DNA of 20,000 nt from an uncultured virus (IMG/VR IMGVR_UViG_2548877019_000001) (taxonomy: Duplodnaviria; Heunggongvirae; Uroviricota; Caudoviricetes): IMG/VR virus record IMGVR_UViG_2548877019_000001, positions 47,427-67,426 of that record; one strand, 5' to 3'. The notes beneath the pieces were generated by a model. It ran no database searches and was not told where the DNA came from. It saw only the letters and a list, made by a program, of their open reading frames with translations. Below are positions 1 through 7,109 of this stretch, in pieces (position 1 is the stretch's first letter; each line of letters starts with the position of its first letter). The position numbers and the translations under genes are program-made.

Positions 1-2095
1 TCGGAATGTTGCCGAAAACGTACGTATTCAGCATGACATCCTCGAAATCTTTAACGTCTTCTCGCGTGATGGTGTCCGGAACTAAAAGCAGCGCTTCATC
101 ATGCACCACGCACCATATCCGCCATTCTCCGCGTCCTTCAGCCGTTTTCCTGTCACATAACTCTTGCAGCGCAATCATCGTCGCTTTGGTCTGTATCGCT
201 GCTGACCCCTGAACTCTTGCGTTAGTTGACTGTGTATAAACAGCCGAGTAATGGCCTTTGGCGTTCCGGTCCTTTGCGTCCGGTAACCGTCTCTTACGTT
301 GGCCGCGATCCATCCAAACATATCCGTGCTTCTTAACGAAAGATTGATTCGTTTCGACCCACTTTTTGACGACCGGAAACCTTTCGAAGAAGTTGTCGAG
401 GAACTTCTGCGCTTCTTTCTTCGATATTCCGATAGCGTCCTTGAGCATGTTCGCGCCACCCCCGTAAGCAACCGCAAGCATGATGACCTTCGCCTGTTTC
501 CGGTATACTGATCCATCGCCGCATTCTTCGATCGGCTTATTGAAAACCTCCGAAGCGATTGACGCGTACAAATCGTTACCTTGCAAGTAGTTATCGACTA
601 GCTTCGGATCTTGCGAGAAGTACGCCAGGCATCGGTATTCTTGCTGACTCCAGTCTCCGCCTAATATCGCGTATCCTTTAGGAGCTACGAACATCTTCCG
701 GGCTTCTTTCGGTTGGTTCTGTAGGTTTACGCCTGTTCCACCTGATGAGAACCGACCGGTCTTTGCACCGTTCTGATTGAAATTCGTGTAGAGTTTGCCG
801 GTCCTCTTGTCGATTAATTCCGGCAAAGCGTTGATGTACGTTGAGTACAGTTTGAACTTCTCCTTATACTCGAGCAGCTTCTTAATGATCGGATGTTTGC
901 TCGCAAGAGGTTTTAGGACTTTTTTTGCGTCAGTTGAGTCGAGCTTCTCTCCGGTTGCTTCTTCTAACGCTGGCTTAAGCTGCGCCGGCGAGTTAATGTT
1001 GATGTCGCCCAACTCGTCGATAATCTCCGCATACAAACGATCGATCTCCGTTTTGATCTCCTTACCGTATTCCTCCGCGAATTCCAGGTCGATGTCGAAT
1101 CCGGTTGACTCAAGCTTCTGCACGACGCTGATTAACGGAACCTCGACCGTCTCATAGTAGCGAAGGATATCAGGAAACTTCTTCAGGTGTTCGCGTTGGA
1201 AATCGCGAAGCTTTCTCGTCACATCACCGTCTTTTGCCGCATACGCAAGCGCAATCCGAAGATCACTCACTTCGTTAAAGCCGATCTTTCCGAATAAGTC
1301 TTCGTATGTGTCAGATTTAATCCGCAGATATTTCGTGACGAGATTTTTCAGCGCAAAGGACGGCTCGTTTTCGTTAAGCAACCGCATCGCTTCCTGTGTG
1401 TCCCACGTAAGGCCACGCAATGTAATCCCTTCGCGATCAAGCATGTGAATATCGAACTTTGCGTTATGAGCGAGCTTTCCGATCGACTCATCTTCGTAAA
1501 ATGGCCGCAGTTTTTCGACGACAAAGCCGTTACCCAATTGCGGATGATCCGTATTATGTTTCGTCGGGATATACGCGTGGATGTCCGCTTTGATAGCCGT
1601 TAGCACATGGCCGACAATGCAGTCGTTCCATACGTCTGTACCTGTTGTCTCAACGTCGAATACGATCTCTTCTTCGTCAGCAAGCATCGCGAGGAATTCG
1701 TCTAGCCGCGCTTCGTCCGTAATCAGCCAGTAGTTTTCCGGTGTATTCTCGACCATCTTCCGTAAGGTTTCTTCTCGCTGGGATTCTTGAAGCGTCTTCC
1801 ATAATCGCAGGGCCTCCGCCTTGCTGAACGCCTTCGGGTTTCCGGCCTTGTTCACGCAGTCAGACGGGTTCCTGGCGAGTTTGCCCGCGTCCATTGCCGC
1901 CTTGACTTCGTTTAATCGTTGACGGTCTGTTTCCGAAAGCTTGCTTGCGAATATGCGACGCCAGCTCTCCTCGATCGGTTCGGCCGTTTTCGCCTTCTTC
2001 TTCCGCTTGGCTGTTTCGGCAACTTTTTCGTTCTTAACTTCGTCATTTTTAGGCGTCAAAGCGCTAAGATTCAACCGTAGATTACCGAGTTCCAT
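1..2095 (-). CDS. polA: Phage family A DNA polymerase with 3'-5' exonuclease (3' end outside window; absent from ORF track)
   Basis: ATG at 2095 after GGAAGGAGG; same frame carries ExoI VFDVETTG, motif A DWSQQEYR, motif B RKQAKVIMLAVAYG and motif C VHDE. Confidence 0.95.
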   Translation of the reverse strand, partial: MELGNLRLNLSALTPKNDEVKNEKVAETAKRKKKAKTAEPIEESWRRIFASKLSETDRQRLNEVKAAMDAGKLARNPSDCVNKAGNPKAFSKAEALRLWKTLQESQREETLRKMVENTPENYWLITDEARLDEFLAMLADEEEIVFDVETTGTDVWNDCIVGHVLTAIKADIHAYIPTKHNTDHPQLGNGFVVEKLRPFYEDESIGKLAHNAKFDIHMLDREGITLRGLTWDTQEAMRLLNENEPSFALKNLVTKYLRIKSDTYEDLFGKIGFNEVSDLRIALAYAAKDGDVTRKLRDFQREHLKKFPDILRYYETVEVPLISVVQKLESTGFDIDLEFAEEYGKEIKTEIDRLYAEIIDELGDININSPAQLKPALEEATGEKLDSTDAKKVLKPLASKHPIIKKLLEYKEKFKLYSTYINALPELIDKRTGKLYTNFNQNGAKTGRFSSGGTGVNLQNQPKEARKMFVAPKGYAILGGDWSQQEYRCLAYFSQDPKLVDNYLQGNDLYASIASEVFNKPIEECGDGSVYRKQAKVIMLAVAYGGGANMLKDAIGISKKEAQKFLDNFFERFPVVKKWVETNQSFVKKHGYVWMDRGQRKRRLPDAKDRNAKGHYSAVYTQSTNARVQGSAAIQTKATMIALQELCDRKTAEGRGEWRIWCVVHDEALLLVPDTITREDVKDFEDVMLNTYVFGNIP

Positions 2096-2120
2096 TCGCA
2101 TCCTCCTTCCGCTTACGACG

Positions 2121-2288
2121 TTATAAATCTTCGCGGCTTACGTACTTCCGCTTGTATTCCGCCTCGTTATCCGCATACCAATCCGACCAGCAAGCGTTGT
2201 CACAAAAGTACCGGTCGAAGAGCGAATCGTAGGTTACGGACTGCCCTTCGTTTATTACCCGGTTACATTCGGCGCAGATGGCGGCCAC
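2121..2288 (-). CDS. 55-aa Cys-rich putative zinc-binding protein
   Basis: GTG directly after upstream stop; MAAICAECNRVINEGQSVTYDSLFDRYFCDNACWSDW..., CxxC...CxxxC; fills the gap before polA. Confidence 0.75.
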   Translation of the reverse strand: MAAICAECNRVINEGQSVTYDSLFDRYFCDNACWSDWYADNEAEYKRKYVSREDL

Positions 2289-3176
2289 TTACTCGTCGCC
2301 CTTTCGATCGAAACGCGCTTCGACTGGCGCTATTAGTTCGATGCTTGACTGATTTTCTGTGCAATTTCCGTGGTTCTGAGTAGCGACTTTTACGCGACCG
2401 TCCTCGCCGACAGCCACAACCTCGCAAATTTCCCCATCATATAAATACTGAACAATATCACCGACCTTATACTCGCCAACCTCGCGTCCGATTGCGGCCC
2501 ATCTCTTACACTCTTTCACTTCGGCCTGCTTTCGTTTAGCTTCGGCAACCTCTTCGTCGGTGGCGCGAACGAGGGACTTTTCGTCTTCCCATCCGGCATA
2601 CTCCCCGTTGACAAAAGCAAGCTTGAACGGAACCGCCGAATCATCGTCTTCTGTAATTTTGACGATATCCCCTCGGTCACAGCAGCCGTTCCGTGCAGTA
2701 CCGACCACCTTCGCATAATCACCGACTTTCAGGCGTTCAGGCTTCGGCTCGGCGGCGCTAACTTTACGGTAGACTTCGAATACTTCTCCATGGGTATCAA
2801 GATCGTATCCGTCGTCATCTATGATGATCGGATCCCCATAATCATCTACGAACTCAATCTCGTAATACTTCCCTGCGGTTAGATATCTGCTCGGAGCTTC
2901 GTCAAACTTAACGAAATCGCCCGCTTTCGCCTCGCTCTTGGCAATCCGTACGTACCCAGCCTCAGGTTCGCCTTTTAGTGCATCAACGTCGGATTTTAAT
3001 GCCTCTATATCCTTTTCGTTTGTGCTGACGCGATCTTCTATTGACGGCTGGGATGCGGAGACTTTGCGGAACACAGAACCCGCAATAAGCGCATTACCGT
3101 GCGCATCCTCTACTTCTGTGTACTTAGGCTTCTTAATTGTTGCTTCTGTACCGTATAAAACCTTTGCTCTTAACAC
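2289..3176 (-). CDS. Phage protein with repeated K(V/A)GD beta-barrel-like units; first ~19 aa appear transposase-derived (chimeric, N-truncated)
   Basis: Repeats KAGDFVKF, LKVGDYAKVV, YKVGDIVQY and VFRKVSA/VYRKVSA; coiled-coil stretch; frame open upstream to 3254. Confidence 0.75.
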   Translation of the reverse strand: MLRAKVLYGTEATIKKPKYTEVEDAHGNALIAGSVFRKVSASQPSIEDRVSTNEKDIEALKSDVDALKGEPEAGYVRIAKSEAKAGDFVKFDEAPSRYLTAGKYYEIEFVDDYGDPIIIDDDGYDLDTHGEVFEVYRKVSAAEPKPERLKVGDYAKVVGTARNGCCDRGDIVKITEDDDSAVPFKLAFVNGEYAGWEDEKSLVRATDEEVAEAKRKQAEVKECKRWAAIGREVGEYKVGDIVQYLYDGEICEVVAVGEDGRVKVATQNHGNCTENQSSIELIAPVEARFDRKGDE

Positions 3177-3254
3177 GTCAAATGAGTACCCCTTTCCTTC
3201 CTTTTCAACTGCTTTAATAATGTTATTAACACTCTCTGTATAAGCATTGGTGAA
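3120..3254 (-). pseudogene. C-terminal fragment of an ISL3-family transposase, in frame with the downstream phage gene
   Basis: Translates FTNAYTESVNNIIKAVEKEGKGYSFDVLRAKVLYG, resembling the ISL3 C-terminal TNxxxExxNNxIKxxxxxGxGY motif; in-frame TAG at 3255-3257 upstream. Confidence 0.7.
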
Positions 3255-3295
3255 CTATCAGTGTGGCTTATGGTGTTTATTTCTGGAATGTAATA

Positions 3296-3454
3296 CTACT
3301 CGTAGTACGGTTTTGTGTAATCCATTACTACTCTTCCTCCACATGGACAATCTAATTTCATTACATTCCAACCGTCTTTCTTTTCTTTTTGAGGTTCTTT
3401 ACCGCATTTATTACAATACATCGGAAGCATTAATTTTTTCTTCTTCGTCATCAT
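3296..3454 (-). CDS. 52-aa zinc-ribbon-like protein
   Basis: AGGTGA RBS; MMTKKKKLMLPMYCNKCGKEPQKEKKDGWNVMKLDCPCGGRVVMDYTKPYYE; ATGA overlap with upstream fragment. Confidence 0.7.
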   Translation of the reverse strand: MMTKKKKLMLPMYCNKCGKEPQKEKKDGWNVMKLDCPCGGRVVMDYTKPYYE

Positions 3455-3600
3455 TTTTCACCTACCAAAGTTAATAAACGAGTTATATCTTCTGGCTTAT
3501 GACCATCCCACTCTGGACTATTCGGAAATTCCGAAACGTTGAAATAATTCCAATAATCTAAGTGATTGTGATATGTGTAATCACCTTTTACTAAACCTCC
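3451..3600 (-). pseudogene. Start-less C-terminal fragment of a phage WDGH-motif protein
   Basis: Frame reads ...KGDYTYHNHLDYWNYFNVSEFPNSPEWDGHKPEDITRLLTLVGEK*; TGA at 3601-3603 upstream and no start codon before the motif. Confidence 0.55.
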
Positions 3601-3845
3601 TCAATTACAATTGATTTAACGTCTAATCCGTCATATCTCATAGCGTTATATATTCGTTGCCAATGGCTATTTAAGTTAGTCAAACCCTCACAAATTTTTG
3701 CTTCTCCTCTATCCGTCATGAAGAATATGACATTTGATTCTCCTCTGCTGGTGCACCAACCATCACTTGGTCGAGGGGTAGGCGTTGTATCTTCATGTTC
3801 TCCTGCATAATAAGAACCGTTCACTTTTATTAGATACGATTTCAC
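3591..3845 (-). CDS. Hypothetical protein in the AT-rich insert
   Basis: Track ORF 3591..3854; GTG at 3845 is better spaced from the AAGGGG RBS. Confidence 0.65.
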   Translation of the reverse strand: MKSYLIKVNGSYYAGEHEDTTPTPRPSDGWCTSRGESNVIFFMTDRGEAKICEGLTNLNSHWQRIYNAMRYDGLDVKSIVIEEV

Positions 3846-3891
3846 TAAATCCACCCCTTGCCTACAATGTAACCTAATAAATGTTTCGCCA

Positions 3892-4326
3892 TCATACCGC
3901 CTCCGCTTCGTTTTTAACTTCGTAAAGTTCCCGGTTAAGGGACAGCGGCAGTTCTACCCACCGCTTGCTCGCACGATTAGTTGATTTCGCCCAATATTCG
4001 CGCTGATTTCCTTCGTTTTCAAACATCCAAACGCGAGGCATTTCGCCCGGATCACCCAATACGCCGATAAAATAATCAACGTCGGACCGATCGTAAGGCT
4101 CGCCTTTTCCGTTCGTTGCGTATAGAACGAGTTCATTTTTGCGGTCAGGCCTACGTCGAAACGTTTTGACCTGAACCTTGTATTCGCGACCATTCAGCGG
4201 GTCTTCCGCCTTGAAATCGTAAGGCTGCGCGAGTTGGGGGCGCGATACTGCGTACCCATTCGCTAACAGCGCCAACTCTGCGACAACCTCCGAGTATTTT
4301 CCGACAACTTCGGTTAGATGCGCCAT
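3892..4326 (-). CDS. PD-(D/E)XK-family endonuclease (resolvase- or homing-nuclease-like)
   Basis: G-x3-E helix (GKYSE), PYDF and VQVKT catalytic pattern, DVDYF; AAGGGGG RBS. Confidence 0.8.
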   Translation of the reverse strand: MAHLTEVVGKYSEVVAELALLANGYAVSRPQLAQPYDFKAEDPLNGREYKVQVKTFRRRPDRKNELVLYATNGKGEPYDRSDVDYFIGVLGDPGEMPRVWMFENEGNQREYWAKSTNRASKRWVELPLSLNRELYEVKNEAEAV

Positions 4327-4348
4327 TCAATCGTCCCCCTTCGTTTTA

Positions 4349-5140
4349 TTAAAACGGTAAAGTTTCTTCGTCGACTTCTTCGTTATCTTTTTCGTTATCC
4401 GATCCGGCCCCCAGCGATAATCCGATCAGACTAATATCGAATCCTGCTGCGACTAGGTTTTCGATCTGCGTCTTCTCGTCAGCTTCGAATAGCAGGCCGT
4501 CGAACAGTTTTGCGTTGAATTCCTTACCGTCGAATTTAGCGAAGTTTGCGCGCTCCTGTTCGGTGAGATCTTCTTCGAAATCGATCAACGGAGTAAGGGA
4601 AACTTTCGTGTCTTTCGACTTACCTGTCGTATTGGTTTTCGTTAACTCAAAGGCGAGCTTTCCGAGTTTTTTTTCGTATTTCTTAATCGTCGCGTAGACG
4701 TCTTGAGCTTGATTTCGACTCAAGTCAACGATGATTTCTTTGCCGGACTCTAGATCGATGAATCCCATAGAGTACCGCTCTTTTCCACAGTACTTCCACG
4801 CCTCTTCACCATGAGCCTTCGCTTCATCCTCATCACCGGCCTCTTTTGCTTTAAATTGGAGATCGCGGTAGTATTTTTCGGCCAAGTCCCATGGTGTATG
4901 ATCGCTCACAACGTACCCTTTTTCGTTCCTGGTAGAAGGGTTCCTAGCGACAAACGTATTAACCTTTTTGTAGATGCCGTAGCCGTAGTACTGCATTAAG
5001 TCCTCGGCTCCAAGCACACGGACTTTATACGTAGTACCAACACCAAACTTAGCGAAATCGATCTTATTTAAGTTGCCACCTTCACCTCCACCGGCCTGTA
5101 ATGCTGATAGCGCCGCCGCGCCTTTTTGAAATTGACTCAT
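4349..5140 (-). CDS. Probable single-stranded DNA-binding protein
   Basis: 263 aa in the replication cluster; acidic tail ending EEVDEETLPF typical of SSBs. Confidence 0.65.
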   Translation of the reverse strand: MSQFQKGAAALSALQAGGGEGGNLNKIDFAKFGVGTTYKVRVLGAEDLMQYYGYGIYKKVNTFVARNPSTRNEKGYVVSDHTPWDLAEKYYRDLQFKAKEAGDEDEAKAHGEEAWKYCGKERYSMGFIDLESGKEIIVDLSRNQAQDVYATIKKYEKKLGKLAFELTKTNTTGKSKDTKVSLTPLIDFEEDLTEQERANFAKFDGKEFNAKLFDGLLFEADEKTQIENLVAAGFDISLIGLSLGAGSDNEKDNEEVDEETLPF

Positions 5141-5300
5141 TCGATTTCCCCCTACGTTTTAATTTTGAGGCTTTTCGCCCTCGCAAAATGCCGGTACCTG
5201 CGTCCGAAACGCCGCCAGCGCTAAGCCGTAGCGACGCGACTCCGTTACTTAACGGCCGCCCCGACATTCTCCGAGCGCCGGGCCGCGATGTCCGCCGCCC

Positions 5301-5396
5301 TCATTCGCCTTCTTCGCGATTAACTTCGTAAATAAGTCTGCAAATACAAAGCGTTGCAATCACCGCAAATATTTCGAATAGCCATGCGTTAGACAT
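5301..5396 (-). CDS. 31-aa single-transmembrane peptide
   Basis: MSNAWLFEIFAVIATLCICRLIYEVNREEGE; GAGGAG RBS; start overlaps upstream stop. Confidence 0.5.
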   Translation of the reverse strand: MSNAWLFEIFAVIATLCICRLIYEVNREEGE

Positions 5397-5913
5397 AGGC
5401 GGCGACTCCTCTCGCTGTACGCGTCAGTTCGCGTCTTATTTCGTGCGATTCCGCCGGTAATTCGTCCATACGCATACGAACCGCATTAATTCGGGCCTGC
5501 AACGCCAATTTAGTCGGCAATGACCGGGCGCGCGACAAACGGTCTTCTAAATGTGCGATCTCTTCTTCGAGTTCATCGCGAAACTTATCGATCCTAGCCA
5601 CCTCTTCCGTAATTTGTTGCGACATTTTCGCAATTTCTTCCGCAATGAAGTTCGTCACCTTACGCCGAATACGATTGATGCAGCCTTTATTCGGTGGGAT
5701 CACGGTCTTAACAACGTCTGCATCTACCGCAAGCATGAACGTTGCTCCACGATGGGAATAAATCCGAGCATCTTCTCCATTGTCGTCCGGACCGATGCCG
5801 CAGTAAATCGCATTAGATAACATCTGAGACGCCCATGCTTCCGGCGTTTGCTTTCCGATCTTAAACCGTTGGGTAATTCGTTTCTTCGCGTGGTGGGATA
5901 ACGTCGCTTTCAT
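5389..5913 (-). CDS. Hypothetical protein: N-terminal HAxxRxxxR (DUF4258/RelE-like) domain plus C-terminal coiled coil
   Basis: Start MKATLSHHAKKRITQRF at 5913 has ATGA overlap with upstream ORF; track start 5979 lies inside that ORF. Confidence 0.7.
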   Translation of the reverse strand: MKATLSHHAKKRITQRFKIGKQTPEAWASQMLSNAIYCGIGPDDNGEDARIYSHRGATFMLAVDADVVKTVIPPNKGCINRIRRKVTNFIAEEIAKMSQQITEEVARIDKFRDELEEEIAHLEDRLSRARSLPTKLALQARINAVRMRMDELPAESHEIRRELTRTARGVAAYV

Positions 5914-6062
5914 CCGACCCTCACCGCCTGGATCGAAAGTGGACGGTAGTAGTCCGCCGGATCTTCGTCGGCTGGCCATGCGCCTTGATATAAAATTTCG
6001 GTTAGTTTGCGCGGATCTAGCGCAGGATACGTATTGGAATCGGTAATTTCGGGGATATTCAT
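5910..6062 (-). CDS. 50-aa acidic hypothetical protein
   Basis: GGAGG RBS; MNIPEITDSNTYPALDPRKLTEILYQGAWPADEDPADYYRPLSIQAVRVG; coupled to next gene. Confidence 0.7.
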   Translation of the reverse strand: MNIPEITDSNTYPALDPRKLTEILYQGAWPADEDPADYYRPLSIQAVRVG

Positions 6063-6131
6063 AGTACGTTCGCCTCCATATTATTTAGGTAAAACGTACT
6101 AGTTCGGAAGGTGTGTTCGCATACTGTTCGC

Positions 6132-6160
6132 TTGTCTTTTGACAACAGATTGTATATGAT
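6132..6160 (+). promoter_or_regulatory. Putative sigma-A promoter antisense to the sigma-like gene
   Basis: TTGTCT-N17-TATGAT; overlaps inverted repeat TTGTC-TTTT-GACAA. Confidence 0.45.
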
Positions 6161-6209
6161 GAGGGTGTAGCGATGCCTTCCGGGCTAGTTACGTTTCAGA
6201 AAGAAACCT

Positions 6210-6743
6210 TTATGCTGTTAGTTGGGTTTGGCAGCGTGATCGGAATCGTTGGATGAATCTGCAATGTGATCGAGCATTTCCTCCAAAACGTTGCGCCAAC
6301 AACGTGGAGATGTCGGTATCATTCGTACATCCGCGAATCCAAGCTTCTATGATAAGTTTTTTTCTTGGGTCGTCCTGCGCCAACAGGGCGACCTTCTCTT
6401 TTAATAAAACCTTGCCTACGACGTTCGCCAAAACGTCTTCGGGTTCCCAAACTGTTCCATCCTTGTTTAACTCCTCAATAGCGACGTCGTTCTTTAATTT
6501 GCGCTTTTTCCCGCTTAAAAAATCAGTTCTCACATCTCTAATGATTTTTTGGATCAACGCCCTTTTATCACGTCCATTGTTCTCAAAAATCATTAGGGCT
6601 TTCCCTATCCGCCAGTAACACTCTTGTTCAAAAGAGGTTAAGTCCGGGATTAAGTGAGCGATTCTTTCTGACTCGCGAGTTACATAAGGCGCTGAACCAC
6701 TTTTTAAGGCCGCCTTTATTCTATTGAATTGTTTCTCTTTCAA
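6210..6743 (-). CDS. Putative phage sigma-factor-like transcription activator in the aimX position
   Basis: 177 aa, AAGGAGG RBS with TTG start; ECF-like size, region-2-like N half and HTH-like basic C end (DTDISTLLAQRFGG...RFIQRFRSRC). Confidence 0.55.
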   Translation of the reverse strand: MKEKQFNRIKAALKSGSAPYVTRESERIAHLIPDLTSFEQECYWRIGKALMIFENNGRDKRALIQKIIRDVRTDFLSGKKRKLKNDVAIEELNKDGTVWEPEDVLANVVGKVLLKEKVALLAQDDPRKKLIIEAWIRGCTNDTDISTLLAQRFGGNARSHCRFIQRFRSRCQTQLTA

Positions 6744-6766
6744 TTTAAAATACCTCCTTGTTGCCC

Positions 6767-6806
6767 TACACTATATAACACGTAGGGACTATCAGTTTTT
6801 GCGACA
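6767..6806 (-). promoter_or_regulatory. Repeated phage promoter-like motif, copy 1
   Basis: TGTCGCAAAAAC-N8-CCTACGTGTTATATAGTGTA, 34/40 identical to 18658-18697; just upstream of an RBS. Confidence 0.7.
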
Positions 6807-6844
6807 AAACAACAAAAAATTTTTCATCTTTTTGTTGTTTTGTC
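6803..6844. repeat. Perfect 16-bp inverted repeat (10-nt spacer)
   Basis: GACAAAACAACAAAAA ... TTTTTGTTGTTTTGTC. Confidence 0.9.
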
Positions 6845-6887
6845 CTCTATATGAAAATCTTAGCATATTAGTCTTTGTTGATGTTCG

Positions 6888-6927
6888 AAATTGGGTGAAC
6901 TCAAAAAAACTATTTTTTACCCAATTT
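6888..6927. promoter_or_regulatory. Candidate AimR operator
   Basis: AAATTGGGTGAA-N16-TTTACCCAATTT (11/12); inner 6-mers lie 24-26 bp apart; between aimP terminator and extended -10 TGCTAAGAT (6865-6857). Confidence 0.6.
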
Positions 6928-6942
6928 TCTAAGTTTTATATT

Positions 6943-6965
6943 AAAAAAAGCCACCGTTTGGTGGC
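6943..6965 (-). terminator. Intrinsic terminator after aimP
   Basis: GCCACC-AAAC-GGTGGC followed by T7. Confidence 0.85.
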
Positions 6966-6977
6966 GACGGATATACA

Positions 6978-7109
6978 TTATCCTCCTACTTTTATGCCTG
7001 CGACTTTTACATCTTCATTGCCCTGTTGTTTATCTGTTGCCGCCGCATTATGAGGCAAAACTGCAAGAATCGCCCCTAAAACTAATCCCATCAATAAAAC
7101 TTTCTTCAT
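6978..7109 (-). CDS. aimP: Arbitrium pro-peptide, 43 aa; predicted mature peptide GIKVGG
   Basis: AGGAGAGG RBS; signal peptide MKKVLLMGLVLGAILAVLPHNAAA, charged linker, then VA-GIKVGG C terminus; directly after receptor gene. Confidence 0.85.
   Translation of the reverse strand: MKKVLLMGLVLGAILAVLPHNAAATDKQQGNEDVKVAGIKVGG

Noticed and set aside
6..2126. Track ORFs inside 1-2126 (e.g. 6..212, 175..516, 795..1157, 1941..2126)
   Set aside because: Shadow frames of the polA reading frame, which carries all catalytic motifs
3521..3585. Palindromes TTCGGAA-A-TTCCGAA and GTGATT...AATCAC
   Set aside because: Short, inside an AT-rich coding fragment and not repeated elsewhere; consistent with chance
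5082..5331. Track ORFs 5082..5267 (-) and 5101..5331 (+)
   Set aside because: They overlap the SSB-like start and look like chance frames in GC-rich structured DNA
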